The notes under the pieces were generated by a model. That model saw nothing but the letters and a program-made list of their open reading frames with translations. It did not search any database and was not told the DNA's origin. From an uncultured Bacilli bacterium (GTDB taxonomy: Bacteria > Bacillota_I > Bacilli_A > RF39 > UBA660), in NCBI GenBank assembly GCA_949025205.1, contig CARMXJ010000003.1, positions 1-62,674 of the forward strand: DNA of 62,674 nucleotides, in the 5' to 3' direction. This document shows, piece after piece, positions 1 through 10,544 of the stretch; the stretch's first letter is position 1, and each line of letters opens with the position of its first letter. The position numbers and the translations under genes are program-made.

Positions 1-53
1 CATGTTTAGCTATCTAAATTTTAACATGTTTTTTGTTTCCGAACAACTCTAAT

Positions 54-78
54 AAGTACTTTTAAGAGTACTTTTTTT
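54..78 (+). terminator. Rho-independent terminator of an upstream off-window transcription unit
   Basis: 7-bp stem AAGTACT (54-60) / AGTACTT (67-73), 6-nt loop, followed by a T-run. Confidence 0.5.
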
Positions 79-100
79 CATGAAAACACACCGCCAACAT

Positions 101-129
101 TTGACTTTACCATCAAATTAGTTTATATT
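101..129 (+). promoter_or_regulatory. Sigma-70-type promoter for the flp/tad operon
   Basis: TTGACT (101-106), 17-nt spacer, TATATT (124-129), about 20 nt upstream of the flp RBS AGGTGGAG. Confidence 0.5.
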
Positions 130-151
130 TATATTGATAGTAGGTGGAGAT

Positions 152-361
152 ATGAAAAAACGGAACAACCATGGACAAGCATTAGTGGAATATGTATTAA
201 TTGTTGCAATCATTAGTGTGATTACGATTGCAGTAGTCAACTATTTTGGAGGATATGTTAAAGATTCTATTACTAAAACCTCTTGTTCTTTAGTAGACCA
301 AGAATACGTACCCGGTGCAAAACCTGGTGAGGGAGAGTGCAAAGAAAAAGAAATAGAGTAA
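152..361 (+). CDS. flp: Flp/Fap-family type IVb pilin
   Basis: Short basic leader then G|QALVEYVLIVAIISV (Flp G/xxxxEY motif plus hydrophobic helix). ATG at 152 follows RBS AGGTGGAG. The ORF-track TTG at 134 is unlikely to be the start. Confidence 0.8.
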   Translation: MKKRNNHGQALVEYVLIVAIISVITIAVVNYFGGYVKDSITKTSCSLVDQEYVPGAKPGEGECKEKEIE

Positions 362-375
362 CAAAGGGTGATAAA

Positions 376-726
376 ATGTTTTTAAATAAAAAGGGACAAG
401 CATTAGTGGAGTTTGTAATTATATTGCCCATCTTTATATTTATGATATTTGGAGTAATCGATTTAGGAAAAATTTTGTATACCAAAAACAATTTAGAAAG
501 CAAAATGGAAGAAGTAATCACTGCTTACGAAAGCGTGCCAGACATAGCAGAGTTAGAAAAGAAATTGAATTTAGAAAAAGAACACATCACCCTTGCCATC
601 GCAAAAGAAAAAGAGTACATGGAATTTAAATTAGAAAAAGAAATAGATATCGTTACACCAGGGCTAAATAGTATTCTAGGAAATCCCTACCAAATAACAA
701 CAAAGCGAGTGATATACAGTGAATAA
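376..726 (+). CDS. tadE: TadE-like pseudopilin / pilus assembly protein
   Basis: N-terminus MFLNKKGQALVEFVIILPIFIFMIFGVIDLG matches the TadE signature (GQ..VEF + hydrophobic + G.I-.G). ATG at 376 follows AAAGGGTG. Confidence 0.75.
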   Translation: MFLNKKGQALVEFVIILPIFIFMIFGVIDLGKILYTKNNLESKMEEVITAYESVPDIAELEKKLNLEKEHITLAIAKEKEYMEFKLEKEIDIVTPGLNSILGNPYQITTKRVIYSE

Positions 727-1099
727 AAAAGGGCAAACACTGATTCTTTTCGTCATTATAATTCCGGCTTTAATCTTACTTATGGCATTTGTAGTAGATA
801 CAGGAATGCTTTTAAAAGAAAACACAAGGCTTTCTAGCACAACCAAAACCATTTTAAAAACGATGTACGATGAAAAAGATAACAGTGGTTTTGAAACCAA
901 AATAAAAAATCTCTACCAAAAAAATAATATTCCAATAGAAAATATAGAAATAAGCACAACAAGCAATAAAATAGTGATTGAAAACAACTATACCATAGAA
1001 AGTATCTTCGGACGCATTATAGGAATCAAAGAGTATGCCTTAAAGATAAAAATGAATGCAACCAAAAGGGATGAAAAAATAAAAATAGAGAAAGAATAG
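719..1099 (+). CDS. TadE/TadG-like pilus assembly protein
   Basis: N-terminus (GTG)NKKGQTLILFVIIIPALILLMAFVVDTGMLL resembles TadG/TadE-like N-terminal domains. Overlaps the tadE stop by 8 nt. Confidence 0.65.
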   Translation: MNKKGQTLILFVIIIPALILLMAFVVDTGMLLKENTRLSSTTKTILKTMYDEKDNSGFETKIKNLYQKNNIPIENIEISTTSNKIVIENNYTIESIFGRIIGIKEYALKIKMNATKRDEKIKIEKE

Positions 1100-1109
1100 A
1101 GGGAAAGAC

Positions 1110-1913
1110 ATGTCAAGAACAAAAGGAAAATCAGTCTGCATATTCTCTGCTAAAGGAGGCGTAGGCAAAACGGTAACAACCATCAATTTGGCAGGAATAT
1201 TTGAACATTTAGAAAAAAAAGTATTAATTGTAGACTTAGATTTATCAAGTGGAGGAATTAGTGTTGCTCTAAACCGTGCATTTGAAAAAACAATATACAA
1301 TTTTGTAGATGATTATAACAATAACAGATACAAAGATTTTTCAAATTATATTACAAAATACGATGATTTTATTGATATCTTACCAAGTCCTAAAGACCCA
1401 CGCCAAGCAAATAAAATTGATTCCAAATACATCGATATTTTAATCGACAAAGCAGAGTCCAACTACGATATCGTTCTAATTGACACCAACCATATATTAG
1501 ATGAAATCAATATTGTTACATTAGACAAAGTCGACAATATTTTATTTGTCATGACCAATGACCCACTAGATATCAAAAACATGAAATCCCTTCTTAGTAT
1601 TTTCCATGATTCCAATATTACCAATTATAGAATTTTATTAAACAACAGTACAAATCCCTTTAAAGACTATTTTTCTATCTTTGACATACGAAACATCATT
1701 AAAGCCAATATCGACTATACCATTTCTTCTAGTTTTTACTTAAAAAACATAGACCACTATATTATGAACGGCGATGTTATCACGCTTTTAAAAAGCATGC
1801 CGACCACCTTTAATAAAGATTATGAAACCTTTATGACAATGGCCCTAGATACAATTGGAAAACCAGAAACGGAAGAAAAGGAAGAAGTAGAAGAAGGGGA
1901 TGCAAATGAATAA
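1110..1913 (+). CDS. cpaE: CpaE/TadZ-like ParA/MinD-family ATPase
   Basis: Deviant Walker A SAKGGVGKT near the N-terminus; sits between the pseudopilins and the CpaF ATPase. Confidence 0.75.
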   Translation: MSRTKGKSVCIFSAKGGVGKTVTTINLAGIFEHLEKKVLIVDLDLSSGGISVALNRAFEKTIYNFVDDYNNNRYKDFSNYITKYDDFIDILPSPKDPRQANKIDSKYIDILIDKAESNYDIVLIDTNHILDEINIVTLDKVDNILFVMTNDPLDIKNMKSLLSIFHDSNITNYRILLNNSTNPFKDYFSIFDIRNIIKANIDYTISSSFYLKNIDHYIMNGDVITLLKSMPTTFNKDYETFMTMALDTIGKPETEEKEEVEEGDANE

Positions 1914-3246
1914 AACCAGTTTAATGGATGCTTTTAATATTGAAAGAAAAAGCCCTAAAATAGATTCTGTCACAGATTATGAAGTATTTGCAGATAAAAA
2001 GCTACTTGACGAACTAAGAACTCGTATCGTTGAAAACATCATTGACAAAGAAGTACCAGAAGAAAAAGGATTAAATGAATTTATAAACGATGAAATCGAT
2101 GCAACCATTGAAGGGTATGACTTATCGAATTTAGAAAGAAGCCACTTATATAACTTAATTGATAATGAAATCAATGGATATGGACCCATTACAGAACTTC
2201 TAAAAGATAAAAACATCACCGAGATTATGGTCAATAGCCCAAATGAAATTTATATTGAAATTGATGGACAACTAATTAAAGACGAAAGTATTTCTTTTAT
2301 AAATGATGAACATATCGTAAGAACCATCCAAAGATTAATTGAACCTCTTGGAAGAACCATCGATGCGGCCAATCCAATGGTCGATTCAAGACTTCAAGAT
2401 GGGTCTCGTATCAATGCAGTAATTCCGCCGCTTTCTACCAAAGGTCCTATTATTACCATTCGTAAATTTAAAGAAACAATGGCAAGCATTGAAGACTTAA
2501 TCCGTATTGGTTCCTTAACACCTTATATGGCTAGATTTTTAGATGCCTCTGTAAGAGGAAAACTAAACATCATTGTCTGTGGAGGAACCGGAAGTGGAAA
2601 AACAACCCTTTTAAATATTTTAAGTGGCTTTATTGGTAGTCATGAAAGAATCATTACAATTGAAGATGCTGCCGAACTTCGTTTGCGTCAAGAACATGTG
2701 ATTTCTCTAGAAACAAGAGTTACCAATTACGATAGTACAGGAGAAGTAACCATAAGAGATTTAGTAAAAAATTCCCTTCGTATGCGTCCTGATAGAATCA
2801 TTGTGGGAGAAGTAAGAGGAAAAGAAGCCTTCGATATGTTACAAGCCATGAATACAGGACACGACGGTTCCCTAACAACGCTTCATGCAAACGGAGCCCT
2901 TGATGCTCTAAACAGACTAGAAACCATGGTTTTAATGAGTGGCTTAGATATTCCAATTAAAGCCATCCGGGAATACATTACCAATGCCATTGACTTAATT
3001 GTAAATATTGAAAGAATGAGCGATGGCAAAAGAAAAATTACATCTATTTCAGAAATAGAAGGGTTTGAGGAAGACCGCATAAAATTGCGTGAAATATTTA
3101 AATTTACGCCAAAAGGTTTAACCGAAACGGGAGAAGTAGATGGAGAATTTATGCTATACAAACAAACACCACACGTTTATAAAAAAATGATGGCCAGAGG
3201 AATTAACGATTTAGAAGATATGTTTGGAAAATCTACCAAGAATTAA
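1900..3246 (+). CDS. cpaF: CpaF/TadA secretion ATPase (type II/IV secretion NTPase family)
   Basis: Walker [40 protein letters not shown], His box [12 protein letters not shown]. Confidence 0.9.
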   Translation: MQMNKTSLMDAFNIERKSPKIDSVTDYEVFADKKLLDELRTRIVENIIDKEVPEEKGLNEFINDEIDATIEGYDLSNLERSHLYNLIDNEINGYGPITELLKDKNITEIMVNSPNEIYIEIDGQLIKDESISFINDEHIVRTIQRLIEPLGRTIDAANPMVDSRLQDGSRINAVIPPLSTKGPIITIRKFKETMASIEDLIRIGSLTPYMARFLDASVRGKLNIIVCGGTGSGKTTLLNILSGFIGSHERIITIEDAAELRLRQEHVISLETRVTNYDSTGEVTIRDLVKNSLRMRPDRIIVGEVRGKEAFDMLQAMNTGHDGSLTTLHANGALDALNRLETMVLMSGLDIPIKAIREYITNAIDLIVNIERMSDGKRKITSISEIEGFEEDRIKLREIFKFTPKGLTETGEVDGEFMLYKQTPHVYKKMMARGINDLEDMFGKSTKN

Positions 3247-3264
3247 AAGAAAGGAGTAACCATT

Positions 3265-4269
3265 ATGAAAGAAGTTATTTTAACTACATTAATTATTCAA
3301 ATTATTTTAGTACTTCTAATAATAGGAATTCTTTTCTTTGTATTAAAACAAATCCAAGCATCAAAATTAGAAAAAAGATTCGAAGCTTTTAGTTTACAAT
3401 CCAATAAAGACGTAGAAATTTCTTTTTTTGACCAATTATCCCTTTCTATATGGAAGAAAATTCACAAATTATCCAAAATTTTTAGCCATTCCGCTGTATT
3501 ATGCGACTATGCCCAAAAATACGACCGTTATATTCCCTATGAAGAACGAGAAAAAAAAGAAAATATGGATTATATCTCGATTAAGTTTGCTTTAGGAATT
3601 CTATTTATTCTTTTAAATATAATAAGCTTAGTCTTTTCAGCTCATGTAAATACAATGACTTGTTTACTTTCTTTCCTAATTGGTTTTTTCTTGCCAGACA
3701 TTGCCCTAGCCATAAAATTTAAAAAGAAAAGAAAACAAATTGAAGAAGATTTACTAAAAGCCATTATTATCATGAACAATAGTTTTAAATCCGGAAGGAA
3801 TATTATGCAAGCCATTCAAATTGTAAAAACAGAATTAGAAGGACCAATTGCCGATGAATTTGGAAAAATATATCTAGACATTACCTATGGTTTAAGCTTA
3901 GAAGTAGTTTTTAATCGTTTTTATGAAAGAGTAAAACTAGAGGATGCCAAATACATTGCTTCTTCCTTAACTTTATTAAACAAAACAGGAGGAAATATTG
4001 TAAGTGTTTTTGAAAGCATTGAAAAATCATTCTTTGATAAAAAGAAATTACAAAATGAAATGAATAGTCTTACCGCTGCCAGTGTCTTTGTATTTCGAGT
4101 ATTAGTGGCATTACCTCTTATTTTTACGCTTGTGATTTTTATTTTAAATCCTACTTATTTTAATCCATTGTTTCAGTCAGGAATCGGCATTTTTATAACT
4201 TTAATAATCTTATTTTTGTACATAAATTATATTGTTGTCATTAAAAAAGCAATGAAGGTGAAGATGTAA
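3265..4269 (+). CDS. tadB: TadB-like type II secretion system F-family membrane protein
   Basis: N-terminal TM, central cytoplasmic helical domain, C-terminal TM pair; position directly after cpaF. Confidence 0.75.
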   Translation: MKEVILTTLIIQIILVLLIIGILFFVLKQIQASKLEKRFEAFSLQSNKDVEISFFDQLSLSIWKKIHKLSKIFSHSAVLCDYAQKYDRYIPYEEREKKENMDYISIKFALGILFILLNIISLVFSAHVNTMTCLLSFLIGFFLPDIALAIKFKKKRKQIEEDLLKAIIIMNNSFKSGRNIMQAIQIVKTELEGPIADEFGKIYLDITYGLSLEVVFNRFYERVKLEDAKYIASSLTLLNKTGGNIVSVFESIEKSFFDKKKLQNEMNSLTAASVFVFRVLVALPLIFTLVIFILNPTYFNPLFQSGIGIFITLIILFLYINYIVVIKKAMKVKM

Positions 4270-4973
4270 TGAAAAAAAACAAGCATTTTATACACAAAAT
4301 ATATAGACAAAAAACCATAAAACGAATTCAAAGTAAGATGAAGCTTTTAGGCAATAGTCCGAAATATGATGAAGCAACATTCTTAAATACAAGATTAATA
4401 CTAGCAACACTTTTGTTTTTAGCCCTTTTAATATTATCAAAACATGGATTTATTTTAGCGCCAATCTTAACCATTATATTCTGGCTTTTCTGCGAAACAT
4501 TTATTTTGGATATTCCTATTAAAAAAAGAGGAAAAAAATTAGAAGAAGAATCTATATTCTTTTTTGAAGTATTGGTCTTAACTCTAGATTCTAGCAGGAA
4601 TTTAAAAGGAGCTCTGGAACTTACCACTAATAATATTGATAGTGAACTAGCAAGTGAATTTAAACAAACATTAGAAGAAGTAAAATTAGGGAAAAGCTTT
4701 ACTGAAAGTCTAGAATCCATGAAGGAAAGAATCCCTAGTGATACTATCAAAAATATTATTTTAAATCTAACCGAATCGAGTATATTTGGAAATAGCATCA
4801 CTGCTTCTTTAAATAACCAATTGGATTACTTAAGAGATAAAAAAATGTTGGAAATAAAAGCAGAGATAGCCAAACTGCCAACCAAGATAAGTGTATTATC
4901 CGTCGTGTTTTTTATCCCCATTATGTTACTTATCATTCTAGCCCCTGTTTTAGTAGAATTTTTAATTGGATAG
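4269..4973 (+). CDS. tadC: TadC-like type II secretion system F-family membrane protein
   Basis: Same architecture as TadB; ATGA-type overlap with the tadB stop. Confidence 0.7.
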   Translation: MKKNKHFIHKIYRQKTIKRIQSKMKLLGNSPKYDEATFLNTRLILATLLFLALLILSKHGFILAPILTIIFWLFCETFILDIPIKKRGKKLEEESIFFFEVLVLTLDSSRNLKGALELTTNNIDSELASEFKQTLEEVKLGKSFTESLESMKERIPSDTIKNIILNLTESSIFGNSITASLNNQLDYLRDKKMLEIKAEIAKLPTKISVLSVVFFIPIMLLIILAPVLVEFLIG

Positions 4974-4998
4974 CATCTTTCATAGATGTTCTTTTTTT
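4971..4998 (+). terminator. Probable terminator after tadC
   Basis: GCATCT (4973-4978) / AGATGT (4984-4989) hairpin with one G.U pair, followed by a T7 run. Confidence 0.45.
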
Positions 4999-5084
4999 AC
5001 TAAATTTTCATAAATGTATGTTAAAATAAAAAACAAACAACTAAGAAGTACTTATGAATTTTTACTAAAAATAAGGAGGTTTCT

Positions 5085-5666
5085 ATGGAATTATTAAAAG
5101 AAGAAATGAATCTGAAACAAGAATATGCTTTTATAAATATGACAGAAGAAGAATTTTCTTCAATACTTAAGATTGCTAAAAAAGACAGTCAATTTGAAAA
5201 AGCATTTAAAAAATTAATAAATAGCTATTTAGAAGAAAATATGAGTCTTACCATTATGGTAAATTATTTAAAAAATATAAAATGGAATTCTCATACTTCA
5301 ATAAAGGTACTAAAAGAAAAATTAAATAGCTTTTTTAAAATGTTAGATGATGCTTGTTATGTATTAACACCCAGCGATGCTGAGGCACTTTTAGAACAGC
5401 CTATTTTAAAAAAATTATTTGAAAAATATTTTAGTGATAAAAAAGAAATAGAAGAAAAGGTGTTAGATCGTTTTACAGATAATAATACACAATTAGAAAT
5501 CCTTTGTGATAAATATATGGAACAAAATAAGATACTAAAATTGGTAATAGAAGAGGAAAACGAAAATATAAATAGCATTTATTACCAAGAAATCAGAAAA
5601 TCAAAATTACTAACAGCGGAACAAGAAATAGAACTAGGAAAAAGAATTGTAGAAGGAGATGAATAA
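5085..5666 (+). CDS. N-terminal fragment of a sigma-70 family factor (unique N-domain plus region 1.2), ended by an in-frame TAA
   Basis: C-terminal end reads IYYQEIRKSKLLTAEQEIELGKRIVEGDE*, which is canonical region 1.2. Same reading frame as the 5694 ORF. RBS AAGGAGG lies before ATG 5085. Confidence 0.75.
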   Translation: MELLKEEMNLKQEYAFINMTEEEFSSILKIAKKDSQFEKAFKKLINSYLEENMSLTIMVNYLKNIKWNSHTSIKVLKEKLNSFFKMLDDACYVLTPSDAEALLEQPILKKLFEKYFSDKKEIEEKVLDRFTDNNTQLEILCDKYMEQNKILKLVIEEENENINSIYYQEIRKSKLLTAEQEIELGKRIVEGDE

Positions 5667-5693
5667 GCCGCGAAAATATTAGCAGAAGCTAAT

Positions 5694-8600
5694 TTGCGTT
5701 TGGTTGTTAATATCGCCAAACGTTATGTAGGAAGAGGTCTATTATTTGATGATTTGGTACAAGACGGAAATGAAGGCTTAATGACTGCTGTTAAGAGATT
5801 CGATTATAAAAAAGGTTGCAGATTTTCTACATATGCTATGTGGTGGATTAGACAGGCTATTACAAGAAGTCTTGCAAATAATGCTAGAACCATTCGTATC
5901 CCTGTTCATAAGGTCGATAGAATTAACAAATTGATCAAAATTGAAAATAATTTGAAAGCGGAATTAGGGTATGAACCAGATGATATCGAAATTGCCGAAA
6001 AAATGCAAATTTCAGAAGCAGAAGTAAAAAAGATAAAGAAAATTATCAAAGATAATCAAACAGTTTCCATTGACCAAAAAATCGGAAAAGATGAAGATTC
6101 TGGACTGATAGATTTTATACCAGATTCTAAAAATCTTTTTGAAGAAAATGTGATAGAAGAATTAAATACATCAGAAATTTTAGATAAGGCCCAAAAAGCC
6201 GTAACTCCTCGTGAATATCAAGTTTTAGATTTGCGATTTGGCATTAGTGATGGGTGTCCAAGAACACTTGAAGAAGTTGGTAATATAATGGGTGTTACAA
6301 GAGAAGCAATCCGCTTAATACAAAATAAAGCACTTAGAAAATTAAAGAATAGCCAACGCATCAAAAAATTAAATCCATATGAAACAGAAGCCAAAGAAGC
6401 AATAAAAATAAAAGAAACAAATATTTCTAATGTAGAAATAAAAGAGTTTCAAATTCAAGATATTGAAATAAATGCATTTATCTATCTATTAGAATTATTT
6501 CCAAGGGAAGATAAAAGGTTGTATTGTAAATTAAAAGGAATAAATTTACATAACAAAATACTACTTAATGTGGCCGGTAAACAATTAAGTTCATGGGAAG
6601 CAAGTTTTTTAGAAAGTGTAGAAACAGATTTAAAACAAATGCACCAATTATATTCAAAATTAAAACACCAAAATCAAGAGGAAGAAAAACAAATGCTTTT
6701 ACATTATATTTCTAAAAAATCTCTACGTTTTCGCTATTTTAATCAAACGTATAAAGAGTTATACCATGCTGTAAGATGTCTATCTACAAAAGAACAAAAG
6801 GTACTATACAAAAATCATGGAAAAGACTTGCTTTCTATAGCAAATAAAACCGATAAACTTGAGAACGTTTATAAAAAGTTAGATGCTATTTTTAGAGGAG
6901 AAATTAAAATACCTTCTCCACAAGAATATCTATGCAGTATGTTAGAAGAAAACAATATAGATTTAATAAAAAAAGAGGTTTCGAAATTAGATATAGAAGA
7001 AAGAAAAGTATTTTATGAAGTACATGGCCTAAATTTAAACGATAATAACTATACAGAAAAAGAGAGTCTATACGAAGCTATTTTAAAGAAATTAAAAAAA
7101 TCTTTGCATTTTTTGAAACAGGAAAATGAACTTATAAAACTAATAAAAGCACATCCTGAGATTTCTCTAGACTTATGGCACACACTAATAAAAAAACTAC
7201 CTTCCTACTACCAAGAAATAGTCTATTTTAAGAATGGGAAAGGAGTACTATTAGAAAACAATCCATTTCCTAAAGAAGATTATCAAAAAAGATACACCAC
7301 TTATCAAAAAGCTATAAAAAAATTAAAAGATATGGTAGAACATCTAGAAGAGACTTTAGAACCATTCTATTCTCAATTTGAAGGAAACACAAAAGAAGAA
7401 ATTTTTTGGGTCTTATTAAGTTTGAATGAAAATAGAATGAATATCATTTTTAAACATTATGGTGAAAATTTAAAAGAAAAGATTACCCGTAATGAAGAGA
7501 ATCAATCAATAGTAACACAAAACTACTATAATGCAATGCAAGAAATAAAAAACAAATTAAACAACAATTCTTATTCTAGTTTTATAGAAAAATTTAAAAA
7601 AGAAGAGTACGAACCAGTTTTAAAAATTTTAACAAGAGAAGAACTAACGATATTTAACCTATTTCATGGAGAAAATCATGATAAACATTTATTAGTTGAA
7701 CAAAATGATAGTTATACGATTGCCTACTTATGTAAGAGTTATAAACGAATTATTTCTAAACTAGAAGCAGAAATAACCTTACAAAAGAAACAAATGCAAA
7801 AGCAATCTAAGAAAGAAAAAATAACCTTAAGAACTCTTATAGAAGCACATCCAGAAATTGATTTAAAAACATGGTTAAATATTATAAACAGATTATTTCC
7901 AAAAGAAAAAGAGGCTGTTTTTATAGTAAATGGCCAAAATTTAGAATTAGACAATGAAGTTGATTTTCTATCAGACCCAACTCTTTACCAAAATTATAGA
8001 CGTGCGATAAAAAGAATAAAACAAATGATAGAGAATTTAGAAGAGTTTTTAAATCCCTTTTTCTCACAATTTGAAGGACACACAAAAGAAAAAGTTTTTT
8101 GGGCTCTTTTAAAAATTAACGAAGAAAATATAAAAAGCATTTTTCTTTGTTATGGAGAAAATTTAGATGAATTAAATATATATGACAAAGAGAATAATCT
8201 AACAAAAAACGCTATTCATTATCGATCTATAAAACAAATTAAAAGTGAACTTACTGGTAAAACAATTAAAAAAAGTTTTATCGAAAAGTATAAAAAAGAT
8301 GAATTTGAACCATTTTTAAGTGAATTAACAGAAGAGGAACTGAGAATATTTATTCTATTTCATGGAAGTAATTACAACACACACTTATTTGTAGAAAAAG
8401 ATGAACACCACACTATCTCCTATTATTATTGGGAATATCAAAGAATCATCTCCAAATTAGAAGAAAAGATAAAAAACAAACCTAAAAAAGAAATTAACGA
8501 AAATAAATTACAATTATTAATGGCTGAGCATCCTGAAATTTCATTAGAGTTATGGCATAAACTTATTAGGAAATTAATTGAAAAGCAACAAAATGCCACT

Positions 8601-9917
8601 TATCAAAAACACGGAAATACACTAGAAGAAAATAATCCTTATCCAAAAGAAAATTATACTATTTTTTATAGCGAGTACCATAGTGCAATAAAAAATTTAA
8701 AAAAGATGGCAGAGCATTTAGAAGAAACTTTAGAACCATTCTATTCTCAAATGGAAGGACACTCTAAAGTAGAAGTTTTTTGGGAATTCCTAAGTTTAAA
8801 AGAAAATCAAAGAACAGTTGTCTTTAATCGAAATGGTGCAAATTTAAATGAAATACTCATTTATGATGCACAAGGAAAAACTACATCTACACCAACTTAC
8901 TATTATATAATTACAACTTTAAAGAAGAGACTAAAAGAATCTAAAAAAAGAAAAACTTTTATTGAAAAATATACAAAATATCAAATTACACAACACATAG
9001 ATATTTTAAATTCTGAAGAATTACGAATTTTTAATTTATTTCATGGAGAAAATTACAGTGAATACTTACTAGTAGAAGCTGATAGTGAACATACTCTTTT
9101 CTATTATTGTGAGGAGTATCAAAAAATCACTTTTAAATTAGAAGAAGAGATTAATAGTCTATCAAGCAAAAAACAAAAAAGAACTAAGTCAAAACAAATA
9201 AGAAAAACGCAAAAAGTAACAATAGATGAAAAAATAGCTGTAAATAACGATTATCTTGCAAAACTAGGCTGTTCTTTAGAAATGGCACTGGAATGTATAG
9301 AGTTATTAGCAGAAGAAGAAAAAAGAATAATTTATATGAAACGTGGAAAATTTTTAAATGAATTTAATCCTTATCCAAAAGATAGACCATTTTCTTACTA
9401 TAAAAAATTAGAAGAGCGAGCAACGAATAATTTAAAACATATAATTAAAGATAAAATAAAAAAAGAAAAAGAAAATCAAATGCAAGCATTAGTAGAAACT
9501 GAAAAGAAACAAGAGGAAATCAAAAAGAGTCTAATGGATGAAAAATTATCTTTGAAAAAAGCAGAGATATTTAATGATTTATTTAAAAAATACCAAGAGA
9601 TTGTAAATACAAAAATATTAGTAGATTGCATTGATAAGATAGTAGTAAACATTCGCGTATCAAATAGTGAATATATGCATGCAATTGAAAATGAATTATT
9701 TGCCAATTTAGCAAACCAATACAAAGAAAATAGGAATACAGAAGAAGGATATATTTTAATGGAACAAATAAAAGAAGTGTTTTTGATGCAAATTAAAACT
9801 AAAAATCCTTTATATTCTAAAGAAAAGATTGCAAACGCGATTGAAGAAGTATTTAAATCTTATAACGGAGAAAGAAGTTTTACAGAGGATATTATGCGCT
9901 ATTTAAAAAAGTCTTAA
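5694..9917 (+). CDS. Sigma-70 family RNA polymerase sigma factor (regions 2-4) with a ~1,150-aa repeat-rich C-terminal extension
   Basis: [59 protein letters not shown] (region 2). Region 4 reads [49 protein letters not shown]. The conserved sequence continues upstream of the annotated TTG to codon 5667 (AAKILAE). Confidence 0.85.
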   Translation: MRLVVNIAKRYVGRGLLFDDLVQDGNEGLMTAVKRFDYKKGCRFSTYAMWWIRQAITRSLANNARTIRIPVHKVDRINKLIKIENNLKAELGYEPDDIEIAEKMQISEAEVKKIKKIIKDNQTVSIDQKIGKDEDSGLIDFIPDSKNLFEENVIEELNTSEILDKAQKAVTPREYQVLDLRFGISDGCPRTLEEVGNIMGVTREAIRLIQNKALRKLKNSQRIKKLNPYETEAKEAIKIKETNISNVEIKEFQIQDIEINAFIYLLELFPREDKRLYCKLKGINLHNKILLNVAGKQLSSWEASFLESVETDLKQMHQLYSKLKHQNQEEEKQMLLHYISKKSLRFRYFNQTYKELYHAVRCLSTKEQKVLYKNHGKDLLSIANKTDKLENVYKKLDAIFRGEIKIPSPQEYLCSMLEENNIDLIKKEVSKLDIEERKVFYEVHGLNLNDNNYTEKESLYEAILKKLKKSLHFLKQENELIKLIKAHPEISLDLWHTLIKKLPSYYQEIVYFKNGKGVLLENNPFPKEDYQKRYTTYQKAIKKLKDMVEHLEETLEPFYSQFEGNTKEEIFWVLLSLNENRMNIIFKHYGENLKEKITRNEENQSIVTQNYYNAMQEIKNKLNNNSYSSFIEKFKKEEYEPVLKILTREELTIFNLFHGENHDKHLLVEQNDSYTIAYLCKSYKRIISKLEAEITLQKKQMQKQSKKEKITLRTLIEAHPEIDLKTWLNIINRLFPKEKEAVFIVNGQNLELDNEVDFLSDPTLYQNYRRAIKRIKQMIENLEEFLNPFFSQFEGHTKEKVFWALLKINEENIKSIFLCYGENLDELNIYDKENNLTKNAIHYRSIKQIKSELTGKTIKKSFIEKYKKDEFEPFLSELTEEELRIFILFHGSNYNTHLFVEKDEHHTISYYYWEYQRIISKLEEKIKNKPKKEINENKLQLLMAEHPEISLELWHKLIRKLIEKQQNATYQKHGNTLEENNPYPKENYTIFYSEYHSAIKNLKKMAEHLEETLEPFYSQMEGHSKVEVFWEFLSLKENQRTVVFNRNGANLNEILIYDAQGKTTSTPTYYYIITTLKKRLKESKKRKTFIEKYTKYQITQHIDILNSEELRIFNLFHGENYSEYLLVEADSEHTLFYYCEEYQKITFKLEEEINSLSSKKQKRTKSKQIRKTQKVTIDEKIAVNNDYLAKLGCSLEMALECIELLAEEEKRIIYMKRGKFLNEFNPYPKDRPFSYYKKLEERATNNLKHIIKDKIKKEKENQMQALVETEKKQEEIKKSLMDEKLSLKKAEIFNDLFKKYQEIVNTKILVDCIDKIVVNIRVSNSEYMHAIENELFANLANQYKENRNTEEGYILMEQIKEVFLMQIKTKNPLYSKEKIANAIEEVFKSYNGERSFTEDIMRYLKKS
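7140..9155 (+). repeat. Three tandem ~230-aa (681-696 nt) intragenic repeats in the sigma-factor tail
   Basis: Units start at 7140 ([13 protein letters not shown]), 7836 ([13 protein letters not shown]) and 8517 ([13 protein letters not shown]). An identical 23-mer CTTTAGAACCATTCTATTCTCAA occurs at 7354-7376 and 8728-8750. Confidence 0.85.
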
Positions 9918-9981
9918 AAATATTAAGGCTTTTTCTTTGAATAGAATACATGTGTATGGTACAATGAATATGGTGATACTT

Positions 9982-10533
9982 ATGTTTAGTTTTATAACAG
10001 GAAAAGTAAAAGAAACAGAAAAGAATTATATAACCTTAGAAAATAATGGAATCGGCTACCAAATATTTGTAGCAAATCCCTTTAGTTTCGAATTAGATAC
10101 CGAAAAAACGGTTTATATCTTTACTCATATTAGAGAAGATGAATTTTCTTTTTATGGCTTTAACACCAGAGAAGAAAAAGAACTTTTTTTAAGATTAATC
10201 AACGTAAAAGGATTAGGTCCTAAAATGGCACTTCCTATGTTTGCTTTAGGAAGTGTATCAGGAATTATGGATGCCATTGATAGAGAAAATATTTTGTATC
10301 TAACAAAATTTCCTAAAATCGGCGAAAAAATAGCTCGTCAAATCATATTAGATTTAAAAGGAAAACTTACCCAAAGTGAAAATGTAATAGCGACCGGTTT
10401 TGATGAAGTAGTAGAAGTACTAGAAAGTTTAGGATATAAAAATAGTGATATTAAAAAAATACTTCCAAAACTTTCTTCTGACTTAAAAATAGAAGACCAA
10501 GTAAAGGAAGCATTAAAACTTTTATTAAAATAG
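9982..10533 (+). CDS. ruvA: Holliday junction branch migration complex subunit RuvA
   Basis: MFSFITGKV...GIGYQIFV N-terminus; HhH region [13 protein letters not shown]; followed by ruvB. ATG at 9982 preferred over the ORF-track start. Confidence 0.9.
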   Translation: MFSFITGKVKETEKNYITLENNGIGYQIFVANPFSFELDTEKTVYIFTHIREDEFSFYGFNTREEKELFLRLINVKGLGPKMALPMFALGSVSGIMDAIDRENILYLTKFPKIGEKIARQIILDLKGKLTQSENVIATGFDEVVEVLESLGYKNSDIKKILPKLSSDLKIEDQVKEALKLLLK

Positions 10534-10544
10534 AAAGGATTATT

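Noticed and set aside
273-521. Minus-strand ORFs lying antisense to well-supported genes, for example 273-521, 676-900, 1040-1300, 1977-2234, 2883-3161, 4328-4801, 10634-11020, 11084-11470, 22474-22827, 43162-43518, 56838-57185, 58251-58457, 60522-60755 and 60880-61143
   Set aside because: They sit fully inside strongly supported CDSs on the other strand, lack RBSs and have low-complexity, Ser/Phe/Ile-rich compositions typical of shadow frames in AT-rich DNA.
5664-5666. Stop-codon reassignment (TAA as sense) or an alternative genetic code as the explanation for the sigma-factor stop
   Set aside because: Many clearly complete genes in the window end in TAA at the expected C-terminus (for example cpaE, tadE, the upstream fibre gene and the sigma factor itself). 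No other conserved gene is interrupted, and Trp is encoded by TGG throughout, so the standard code fits.
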